Assembly (NCBI GenBank): GCA_009877105.1
Contig: WXFD01000011.1
Location: 46,485 to 110,484 of the forward strand
DNA length: 64,000 nucleotides
Direction of reading: 5' to 3'
Source of the DNA: Bacteroidales bacterium
GTDB taxonomy: Bacteria; Bacteroidota; Bacteroidia; Bacteroidales; VadinHA17
This document shows positions 15,383 through 23,182 of the stretch, one piece after another. The notes below the pieces were generated by a model that was not told the DNA's origin, ran no database searches, and worked only from the letters and a program-made list of their open reading frames with translations. Position 1 is the stretch's first letter, and each line of letters opens with the position of its first letter. The position numbers and the translations under genes were made by a program.

Positions 15383-15523
15383 GATACTGGAGTAATTGAG
15401 ACAGGTTGACTTTCGATATAAACTTAATAAAATTTTGCTAAAACTCCAAAAGTTTAGCCAGCAAAATTCAGTGTTTACAGGGAAAAGCGATGACAAAATT
15501 ATCGAAAATCGGGTACAGGGAAT

Positions 15524-17317
15524 TTAGGGATTGGAGCATTCACCAAACCTTGATGCCTGCCTGGTATACATCCTGTGGTAGATCCCCCGGGCTTTCATCA
15601 GTTCGTCGTGGGTCCCGGTCTCGGAAATCTCTCCGTTGCTGATAACGATTATCCTGTCAGCAAATGAAATATTTGTCAGCCTGTGACTTATGAGTATCGT
15701 TGTGCGTCCCCTGACGACTTCCCTGAACCGGCTGAATATTTCATACTCGGTGTCTGAATCAAGGGCGCTTACAGGCTCGTCGAGTATCAGGACGGGAGCA
15801 TTGCGGAAAAGAGCCCTGGCCAGGGCCAGCTTCTGCCACTCCCCCCAGCTTAGCTCACGGCTGTCGTCAAAGAGGTTGCCGATAACGGTATCATAACCTG
15901 CAGGCAGATTGTTTATCATATCATGAACATGCGAAACGGCAGCGGCTTTTCTGATTCTGGTTTCAGCGTCGGCAGCTTCGAGATCTCCTATCCTAATATT
16001 CTCACCGGCGCTCATGTTGTAAAGCATGAAATCCTGAAATACGACTGAAAACATCTTTCTGTAGGCGTCCGGATCAATATTCCTGATATCTGTGCCGTCG
16101 TATCTTATTACACCCGAATCGGGATCGTACAGCCTGGTGATAAGCCTTACAAGCGTGCTTTTGCCGGCGCCGTTGGGCCCGGCCAGGGCTACAATTTCGC
16201 CTCGTCCAACAGTAAATGATACATTTTTCAGGGTATGACTCGTGTTGCCGGGATATGTGAATGACAGATCCCTGACCTCGAGGCCTGTCCTGAGAATGGA
16301 AGCGGGCATCTGCGGTTCGGCCGCCTTTATGCTTTCCTTGAGATTCAGAAACTCAAAGGTGTCGCCGATGAAAAGACTGTCTTCATATAATCCGGCAAGT
16401 GAACCAAACAGATCCCTGATATATGACATGCCCTGCCTGAAGGCAAGAATGAACATTGCCATCTGACCGAGGGTCAGGTTTCCACTTGCCGCACGGCCCG
16501 TAACATACACCAGGAGTAACAGCAGTGCAAGCGCTTTAACCGTGTCTGACAGGATCCCGATCAGTGTCCTTTTCCTGATTATCCTGAGCTCCTCTTCCTT
16601 CTGCCTTGCAAATGCAGTTTTAAAAAGTGAAATGAAATAATTGCCCGTTCCAAACAATCTCAGCTCCCTTGATGGCCTGTCGCCCGTGAGCAGCCAGCTG
16701 AAGTAAGCGGATTTCCTTGCGTCAGGCGTGCGGCTGCGCTGAAAATTGTACAGTATGTCTGCGAAATGAAGCCGCAGCCAGATCCCGGGTACATTCACCG
16801 CAAGCAGCAGCACAACCAGGCCCCAGTGCAGGGAGAAAAGCACGCCTGCCATGAGAAGCAGCGAGACAGCACCCCTGAACATCGAAATGATATTGTTCAA
16901 TATGCTGTTCGGCCTCCATGGAGCTTCAGAAGTTGCCCTTGAAAGACAATCATAATAGGCGGGATGCTCGAAATTGATCAGATCGAGCCTTACCGATTTG
17001 GAATGAAGCAGGCCGAACATGTACGATTCGAGCTTTATCGACTGGTTGCGGCGGATATAATTACCTGCCCCGGTCGATACTTCGTCAAGGAAATAAATCA
17101 CCACAACGGCAATGATCAGCCCGATAATCTCCGGTATCCCCGAACCGGCAGACACGGTTTCCGTTATCCTGTCGATTAAAAGCCTGATCAGGAAAATCAA
17201 TGCGAGTGGAAGAAAACTCTGAAGAAGGGAAATCAGAATGTTTGCTGCAGCCCAGCCCGGTGCACTTTTCCATACAAGCCCGAGCGAATCCCTGAACAAT
17301 CTGGCCTTTTTATTCAT
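15524..17317 (-). CDS. ABC exporter, fused permease/ATPase half-transporter (597 aa)
   Basis: N-terminal ~300 aa multi-TM domain. Walker A GPNGAGKST, signature LSWGEWQKLALARA, Walker B VLILDEP, H-loop ISHR. No C39 peptidase domain. Confidence 0.9.
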   Translation of the reverse strand: MNKKARLFRDSLGLVWKSAPGWAAANILISLLQSFLPLALIFLIRLLIDRITETVSAGSGIPEIIGLIIAVVVIYFLDEVSTGAGNYIRRNQSIKLESYMFGLLHSKSVRLDLINFEHPAYYDCLSRATSEAPWRPNSILNNIISMFRGAVSLLLMAGVLFSLHWGLVVLLLAVNVPGIWLRLHFADILYNFQRSRTPDARKSAYFSWLLTGDRPSRELRLFGTGNYFISLFKTAFARQKEEELRIIRKRTLIGILSDTVKALALLLLLVYVTGRAASGNLTLGQMAMFILAFRQGMSYIRDLFGSLAGLYEDSLFIGDTFEFLNLKESIKAAEPQMPASILRTGLEVRDLSFTYPGNTSHTLKNVSFTVGRGEIVALAGPNGAGKSTLVRLITRLYDPDSGVIRYDGTDIRNIDPDAYRKMFSVVFQDFMLYNMSAGENIRIGDLEAADAETRIRKAAAVSHVHDMINNLPAGYDTVIGNLFDDSRELSWGEWQKLALARALFRNAPVLILDEPVSALDSDTEYEIFSRFREVVRGRTTILISHRLTNISFADRIIVISNGEISETGTHDELMKARGIYHRMYTRQASRFGECSNP

Positions 17318-17351
17318 CTGGAATGAAAACAGGTTCCCAATTTACTTAAAA

Positions 17352-17477
17352 TTAACTTATACGGCCAGACCTTTCCAGTACTTCCATAATTTTCATATGC
17401 TGCCGTAAACCAGGCATGATCGGGAATGTATCAATAGCAATTGCCCGAGTGACATATATCATTTGTTTAGTTGCCAT
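17352..17477 (-). CDS. Candidate 41-aa small ORF (possible precursor peptide), unverified
   Basis: Hand translation of the minus strand gives MATKQMIYVTRAIAIDTFPIMPGLRQHMKIMEVLERSGRIS-stop. It is co-directional with the operon, lies 104 nt after the peptidase stop and 34 nt before the ABC start, and ends in Ser. There is no homology support. Confidence 0.2.
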   Translation of the reverse strand: MATKQMIYVTRAIAIDTFPIMPGLRQHMKIMEVLERSGRIS

Positions 17478-17581
17478 ATATCAATCATCTGTAGATTCTC
17501 AGAATAGCTGAGCTGGTTTGAGCCGGCTGGTTCCTGTATGGGGCCCGGCTTGATATGCGTTGAAATCGGAGCGGATCCGGC

Positions 17582-18064
17582 TCAGCTTTGAGCTTTCCGG
17601 ATCTTGTTTTTTAATGATCTTCTGATCCTCATGATCGTGGCTGAAAGTCGATTCAGAAAATAGTCCGGTTCAGGCTTCATGTAGCGCCTCAGAGCAACCG
17701 GCGTTCCTTCCGGGTATTCGATCCCGGTGACCTTTCCGACAATCAGATTTTCCGGCAGTGCTTCATCTTCGTACAGGTTGCAATCGCCTCTTGTAACAAC
17801 AAACACCTGGTTGTTCTTCTCAAATTTCCTTACTATCCTGTGCATGACAAAGCCCGGATCAAGTCTCCAGACCACAATATCGCCTTTTTTAAGGGCCGGG
17901 ATATCGGCTGGTTCGATATAGACAAGCGAGCCGGGTTTTATAGATGGATACATGCTGAAGCCTTCGGCCCGCAGCTTAAGTGTTTTACCCTCCGAAAGCA
18001 GTGTCAGCCCGACCTCGTTCAGCGGTAAAAGATCCTGTTTATTCATTCCTGAGGAGATATTCAA
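17582..18064 (-). CDS. S26/S24-superfamily peptidase, ER/archaeal (SipW-like) Ser/His type, apparently soluble (154-160 aa)
   Basis: The boxes are GFSMYPSIKPGSLV (nucleophile Ser), GDIVVW, FVMHRIV (His in place of the bacterial Lys) and VVTRGDCN. They correspond to the SGSMEP / HR(V/I) / TKGDNN pattern of SipW/Sec11-type signal peptidases. There is no hydrophobic N-terminal anchor. The alternative start at 18046 overlaps the kinase stop. Confidence 0.7.
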   Translation of the reverse strand: MNISSGMNKQDLLPLNEVGLTLLSEGKTLKLRAEGFSMYPSIKPGSLVYIEPADIPALKKGDIVVWRLDPGFVMHRIVRKFEKNNQVFVVTRGDCNLYEDEALPENLIVGKVTGIEYPEGTPVALRRYMKPEPDYFLNRLSATIMRIRRSLKNKIRKAQS

Positions 18065-18926
18065 TGATGCTTCTGTCGGGTCTGAATGACAGTGTGGCGA
18101 TTGGTACTTTCGAGCACATCATTGAAACAGAGCCAAGAAACCTTGCTATCATATCGGGGCTGTAGTTATGCTGAATGCTGTTTGCAACAACATAGGAGAC
18201 TGCCGAGGCTTCCCTTAACGGGTATAATTCATTTTCGGAACCGTGTTCAATGAAGAATATTTTGGTAAGCGGTGCTTCCCTTGGGCCGTCATTCCTGTTG
18301 ACAGGGGTGTTGTACATCCTGTATACGCCGTCGGTGTTCCTTATTATCAGACGGTCATCGTGGATTACCTGTGCGCCAACGTTATCCCAGAGCTTTGACA
18401 TGGTGGTCTTGCCTTTTCCGGAGATTCCGCTGAAAAGATAACCCTTTCCGCCATAATAAACTCCCGAGGCATGGATCATTATGTCCGCCTTTATTGCCGT
18501 CAGATAGTAAAGGATAAGCCCGTCGAGGGGGTATTCAAGCGGATCGGTTTCAAAGCCGGCATTCTCGAGATAAAGATCCCATTCCCTGAGGGTGAGGGAA
18601 AATTTCAGCGTGGCCCTTTTGTTGCTTATAGACTCCGGGAAATTGGTCGTCAGCAGCATGTCGCCGTTTTCCTTGTATACGCTCCAGAAATTTTCGCATC
18701 TGCTGAGCTTGTAACCCTTTATTTCCACGAGGTAGGGAGCTACGAACAACCGTTCCGAGTCCTCACCCGGCCTGAAGATCCCATGGTGCACCCTGATCCT
18801 TACGTCATAATCCGAACGCGGGATAATGTTAAGATGAAAACGTTCATCAGGAACCAGCTCCGGTCCGTCGTCATACGATTCCAGCCTTATATTGTATCCG
18901 GCAATATTCAGATTATACTCTCTCAT
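18039..18926 (-). CDS. HPr kinase/phosphorylase-like (HprK C-terminal domain) putative peptide kinase (295 aa)
   Basis: The C-terminal half reads MIHASGVYYGGKGYLFSGISGKGKTTMSKLWDNVGAQVIHDDRLII. This gives the beta-strand-His, the G-x-S-G-x-G-K-[ST] P-loop and the downstream DD that are characteristic of the HprK catalytic domain. The N-terminal ~140 aa are unrecognised. Confidence 0.7.
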   Translation of the reverse strand: MREYNLNIAGYNIRLESYDDGPELVPDERFHLNIIPRSDYDVRIRVHHGIFRPGEDSERLFVAPYLVEIKGYKLSRCENFWSVYKENGDMLLTTNFPESISNKRATLKFSLTLREWDLYLENAGFETDPLEYPLDGLILYYLTAIKADIMIHASGVYYGGKGYLFSGISGKGKTTMSKLWDNVGAQVIHDDRLIIRNTDGVYRMYNTPVNRNDGPREAPLTKIFFIEHGSENELYPLREASAVSYVVANSIQHNYSPDMIARFLGSVSMMCSKVPIATLSFRPDRSIIEYLLRNE

Positions 18927-18984
18927 AAGGAGTCTGATTTATAAACCTTTTCCTGATTAACGGAATTATGACGGGAATATTATT

Positions 18985-19272
18985 TTATAACCTGATGATG
19001 AGATAATTACTCATGTTTTCCATAAACGCCAATACATCTCGCGTTGCGGTTTCGGATTCAATATCAAATTCTTCCGTGAATCTTTCCACAATTTCCCGAA
19101 TATTTTTTTCCCCGTCTATCAGTTCCCAGATGAAGGCGCCTGATTCGTTGAGGGTAAACAACCTGTTCATATCTGCTATATTGTTGGCCAGGGGAACCAG
19201 AACGTATTCGTTCCCCGTCTTTCTGGTTACAATATCGGGAGAATGGGAGACAACTGAATCCAGGTCGATCAT
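18985..19272 (-). CDS. PqqD-family protein (RiPP recognition element-like), 95 aa
   Basis: The size and pattern ..EYVLVPLANN......LFTLNESGAFIWELIDGEKNIREIVERFTEEFD...ETATRDVLAFMENM are typical of PqqD/RRE winged-helix proteins. Confidence 0.75.
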   Translation of the reverse strand: MIDLDSVVSHSPDIVTRKTGNEYVLVPLANNIADMNRLFTLNESGAFIWELIDGEKNIREIVERFTEEFDIESETATRDVLAFMENMSNYLIIRL

Positions 19273-19290
19273 AATAATTTAAATATAAAT

Positions 19291-19298
19291 CAAATGTA
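19291..19298 (-). promoter_or_regulatory. Bacteroidota -7 box (TAcaTTTG) for the PqqD-led operon
   Basis: The reverse complement of caaatgta is TACATTTG, matching the TAnnTTTG consensus. It lies 19 nt upstream of the ATG at 19272. Confidence 0.5.
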
Positions 19299-19315
19299 GT
19301 AAAATTTATTGTTCC

Positions 19316-19323
19316 TATTTTTG
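19316..19323 (+). promoter_or_regulatory. Bacteroidota -7 box (TAttTTTG) for rnr
   Basis: tatttttg lies 21 nt upstream of the ATG at 19344. Confidence 0.5.
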
Positions 19324-19343
19324 TCGGTTCAACGCAATGAATT

Positions 19344-21485
19344 ATGGGAAGGAAAACAAGGGGAAGAAGGAAGAAGGGAGATATTCCGGTCGAGGCAACT
19401 AAAAAACTGGTACGGGAGATACTTGAAAAAGATCCCAGGCAGGGTTTTAATTACAGGCAGATAGCAAAGAAGCTCAATTTCAGCGATACTGATAAAAAGC
19501 AATTGATCAGGGAGATATTGGAAGAGCTTTCGGCAGACGGATCGGTTGTTGAGGTACAGCAGGGGAAATACAGGTCGGCGCGGATACCAAAAAGAGGATC
19601 CATAACGGGGACGGTGGATATGACAAGAATGGGATATGGTTTTGTCGTTTCCGACGACATTGAGGATGATGTATTTGTTACCTCAAAGAACCTTAAAACA
19701 GCTTTGCATGGCGATAAGGTGAAGGTTCTTCTGTTTGCCGGGAAAAAGGGATCGAGGCCCGAGGGAGAGGTGATTGAGATAATTGAAAGATGGCGTACAT
19801 CATTTGTGGGCACTGTTGAGGTGATGCCGAACTTCGCTTTTCTTGTTCCCGATAATAAGAATATGCCTTTCGATCTTTTCATTCCTGCCTCGAAACTTAA
19901 TGGTGCGAAACAGGGGCAGAAGGCAGTTGCAAAAGTCATCGACTGGGATCCCAAATCAAGAAACCCTGTGGCCGAGATAATTAACGTCCTGGGTTATCCC
20001 GGGCTGAATGAGACGGAGATGCATGCCATTCTTGCAGAATTCGGACTTCCGGCTCATTTTACCGAAGAGGTTGAAAGAGATGCTGAAAAAATCCCTGGTC
20101 AGATTACGGAGGCTGATATACAGTCAAGGCGCGACTTCAGGAATGTTCCCACTTTTACTATAGATCCGGCTGATGCCCGCGATTTTGATGATGCCATTTC
20201 GCTGAGGAGGCTGGAGAATGGAAACTGGGAGGTGGGTATCCATATTGCCGATGTCACCCATTATGTGAAACCGGGAACTCTTACGGAAGAAGAGGCCAGA
20301 CAACGGGCCACATCAGTTTATCTGGTTGACAGGGTGGTTCCCATGCTGCCGGAGAGACTCTCGAACGAAATTTGTTCGCTCAATCCTTCAGAGGACAAGC
20401 TTACATATTCAGCTGTTTTTGAATTGAATGATAAATCGGAAGTTATCGATGAATGGTTTGGGCGGACAATCATCAACTCCGACAGGAGGTTCTCATACAA
20501 GGAGGCCCAGCTGGTTATCGATACCGGTGAGGGGGAGATGTGTGATCAGCTCCTGCCGCTGAATCGCCTTGCTCAGCAGCTCCGCTCTCGAAGATTATTG
20601 CTGGGAGCCTTTTCTTTTGAAAGGGTGGAGGTTCAGTTCGACCTCGACAGTGAAGGCAAGCCCCTGGCAATTAAATTCCGCGACATGGGCACTGCCAACC
20701 AGCTTATCGAGGAATTTATGCTTCTTGCCAACAGGAGGGTGGCGGAATTCATCGGGAAAAAACTCAGGGCACAGCCTTTCGTTTACAGGGTCCATGATAA
20801 ACCCGATCAGGAGAAGATCAGCAATTTCAGGCATTTCATAACCCGGTTCGGGTATAAATTGCCTGAAAATATCGGCAATCTGCCACAGGCAATGAACAGG
20901 TTGTTCAGGGAAATTGCCGGAAAGGATGAACAGAACATCATCGAAACAATAGCTCTCAGGGCCATGGCCAAAGCGGTTTATTCAACAAAGAATATCGGGC
21001 ATTACGGGCTGGCCTTTAAATACTATACCCATTTCACCTCTCCCATAAGGCGCTATCCCGACATGATGGTCCATCGCCTTCTTACTGCGTATCTGAATAA
21101 GGAGAACCCTGAAAACCGGAACTCACTTGAAAAACTCTGCGAGCATTCCTCAAAAATGGAGAGGTTCGCAACGGAAGCCGAAAGGGCTTCGATAAAATAC
21201 AAGCAGGTCGAATTTATGAGCGACAAAACCGGACAAATATTCGATGGTGTGATTTCCGGTGTCACTGAATGGGGTATTTATGTTGAGATAATTGAAAACC
21301 AGTGTGAGGGGATGGTTAGTGTTAAAGATCTCAATGATGACTTCTATGAATACGACGAGGAGAATTATTGTCTCAGGGGTCGTTCAGCCGGGCGGACCTA
21401 TACCCTGGGCGACAGGGTTAAGATTGAAGTGGTTCGGGCCGATCTTCAGAAAAAGCAGCTGGATTACAGGCTGATTATTCTGTGA
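19344..21485 (+). CDS. rnr: Ribonuclease R (3'-5' exoribonuclease, RNB + S1 domains)
   Basis: 713 aa. Basic N-terminus, cold-shock-like region, RNB catalytic region (FTIDPADARDFDDAIS, YLVDRVVPMLPE, HYGLAFKYYTHFTSPIRRYPD) and a C-terminal S1 domain. Confidence 0.92.
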   Translation: MGRKTRGRRKKGDIPVEATKKLVREILEKDPRQGFNYRQIAKKLNFSDTDKKQLIREILEELSADGSVVEVQQGKYRSARIPKRGSITGTVDMTRMGYGFVVSDDIEDDVFVTSKNLKTALHGDKVKVLLFAGKKGSRPEGEVIEIIERWRTSFVGTVEVMPNFAFLVPDNKNMPFDLFIPASKLNGAKQGQKAVAKVIDWDPKSRNPVAEIINVLGYPGLNETEMHAILAEFGLPAHFTEEVERDAEKIPGQITEADIQSRRDFRNVPTFTIDPADARDFDDAISLRRLENGNWEVGIHIADVTHYVKPGTLTEEEARQRATSVYLVDRVVPMLPERLSNEICSLNPSEDKLTYSAVFELNDKSEVIDEWFGRTIINSDRRFSYKEAQLVIDTGEGEMCDQLLPLNRLAQQLRSRRLLLGAFSFERVEVQFDLDSEGKPLAIKFRDMGTANQLIEEFMLLANRRVAEFIGKKLRAQPFVYRVHDKPDQEKISNFRHFITRFGYKLPENIGNLPQAMNRLFREIAGKDEQNIIETIALRAMAKAVYSTKNIGHYGLAFKYYTHFTSPIRRYPDMMVHRLLTAYLNKENPENRNSLEKLCEHSSKMERFATEAERASIKYKQVEFMSDKTGQIFDGVISGVTEWGIYVEIIENQCEGMVSVKDLNDDFYEYDEENYCLRGRSAGRTYTLGDRVKIEVVRADLQKKQLDYRLIIL

Positions 21486-23016
21486 TCCTGTTTTCCTGAT
21501 CATTTTCAATGATCCTCAGCAGCTCATCGGCTGCCGATTCCTGCGGAACATTTCTCAGTACGGGAGTTGTGCCCCTGTAGATATGGACCTTGCCGTTTGC
21601 CGCTCCCACATATCCGTAATCGGCTCCCGCCATTTCTCCCGGACCGTTTACGATGCAGCCCATAATTGCTATTTTCAGTCCTTTCAGATGCATGGTCTTT
21701 TCCTTTACCTTTTTGATTGCATCCTGAAGGTCGAACGAGGTTCGTCCGCAGGTGGGACAGGAAAGGTACGTCACCCGGGTGATCCTGGCTCCCGTGGCCT
21801 GCAACAGGGAGAAAGAGAGTTCCCTGAGCTTGTAGTCAGGGATTGTGCCGGCAGCGGAGATGCATATTCCATCAGCCTGGCGCGTGATGAAAAATTTTCC
21901 CATAGTTGCCGCAGCCTTGATTGCAAGTTTCTCCGGATCATCCCCGGCAAACTCCCCGTGGAGTATGAATCCCCTTTCAGCTTCATGACCGACTACTGGT
22001 TTCCCGGGTGCTTTGAAACTGACAACCCGGCCCTCGTATGTGACTCCCGATTCATCAATGAACTTTCCGTTGCCGGCAATAAACACCCCGGGCCTGTATC
22101 GGATGCCGCGATCCCTGAAATTCAGATTGTTTTCCGGTATGGTTACCCTGCCTTTATCTCCGGCAATGGCTTTGAGAATTTCCCTGGCAACGGGAATTTC
22201 ATTTTCAGGAGCCTCCGACAGCGAAACCCTGATGGTATCGCCGATTCCTTCTGCCAGAAGGGCTCCGATCCCAGCCGCCGACCTTATTCTCCCGTCCTCG
22301 CCCTCGCCGGCCTCGGTTACACCCAGATGCAGCGGATACGAAAATCCCTTCTCCATCATCATCCTTGTGATGGCAAGAGTGGCCCTGATCATTTCCCCCG
22401 AATCCGATGATTTCATTGACAGGACAAGCCGGTGGAAATTTTCGGCCCTAAATATTTCAATGAATTCCATCGCCGAGACCGCCATGCCTTCAGGAGTGTT
22501 CCCGTAGCGGGTCATTATTCTGTCGGAAAGTGACCCGTGATTGACCCCTATCCGTATTGCCGTCCCATATTCATGACATATTTTTATCAGAGGTAAAACT
22601 CTCGAGTGTATTCTTTCAAGTTCCGATTCATATTCTTTCTCCGACAATCTTACTTCGGTAAAGGAAGCTCTTCTGTCAGCATAGTTACCCGGATTGATCC
22701 TCACCTTTTCAACGATCCGCGCAGCTGTTTCAGCGGCCTGGGGGTTAAAGTGAATGTCGGCAATCAGCGGGGTATCGTATCCGGCCTTGAGCAGTCCCTT
22801 CTTTATGCCGGCCAGGTTCTCTGCTTCCCTTATGCCCTGTGCCGTAAGTCTGACGAAATCGGCACCTGCCTCGATGATCCTGATGCACTGTGCAATGGAT
22901 GCAGCAGTATCGAGGGTGCTCGTGGTGGTCATCGACTGGATCCGCACCGGATGATTGCCTCCAAGCGGAACTGATCCGATAGTGATAACCGGTGATTTAT
23001 ATGCTGTTTCCCTCAT
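21475..23016 (-). CDS. ispG: 4-hydroxy-3-methylbut-2-en-1-yl diphosphate synthase (IspG/GcpE), long form with inserted domain
   Basis: N-terminal VPLGGNHPVRIQSMTTT TIM-barrel region. C-terminal 4Fe-4S domain with SCPTCGRT and CIVNGPGE. Confidence 0.9.
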   Translation of the reverse strand: MRETAYKSPVITIGSVPLGGNHPVRIQSMTTTSTLDTAASIAQCIRIIEAGADFVRLTAQGIREAENLAGIKKGLLKAGYDTPLIADIHFNPQAAETAARIVEKVRINPGNYADRRASFTEVRLSEKEYESELERIHSRVLPLIKICHEYGTAIRIGVNHGSLSDRIMTRYGNTPEGMAVSAMEFIEIFRAENFHRLVLSMKSSDSGEMIRATLAITRMMMEKGFSYPLHLGVTEAGEGEDGRIRSAAGIGALLAEGIGDTIRVSLSEAPENEIPVAREILKAIAGDKGRVTIPENNLNFRDRGIRYRPGVFIAGNGKFIDESGVTYEGRVVSFKAPGKPVVGHEAERGFILHGEFAGDDPEKLAIKAAATMGKFFITRQADGICISAAGTIPDYKLRELSFSLLQATGARITRVTYLSCPTCGRTSFDLQDAIKKVKEKTMHLKGLKIAIMGCIVNGPGEMAGADYGYVGAANGKVHIYRGTTPVLRNVPQESAADELLRIIENDQENRITE

Positions 23017-23182
23017 TTTCTAAAAGATCTGCTCAGTTTGCCTTAAGTTAACCTGCTGAAAAGATACCAGGTGCCTGTTATTCAATGTCCTGTTCCGGGG
23101 AACGAAGCCTGATTGCAGATCAGCCCCGATTATTCTTTCCGGCATGAAAAACTTTTTCATGTATCATTAAGTCAGTAATCCC

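Noticed and set aside
17416-17511. 31-aa plus-strand ORF (MIGNVSIAIARVTYIICLVAIYQSSVDSQNS) in the peptidase-exporter gap
   Set aside because: It is on the strand opposite to the operon and overlaps the co-directional 41-aa ORF. I retained the operon-strand ORF as the only, still weak, candidate.
11006-19343. Looked for integrase, transposase, tRNA or direct-repeat boundaries that would define the accessory stretch as a mobile island
   Set aside because: None was found by eye. The region is called accessory-looking only from composition and gene content, not as a mobile element.
21475-21485. 11-nt convergent overlap of the rnr and ispG 3' ends
   Set aside because: Short convergent overlaps are common and need no special explanation. 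No shared hairpin was seen.
23143-23161. Perfect palindrome catgaaaaa-c-tttttcatg 22 nt downstream of the cysS stop
   Set aside because: The stem is mostly A/T with a 1-nt loop, so little stable structure is possible, and no U-tract follows. It is probably fortuitous or at most a weak bidirectional pause site.
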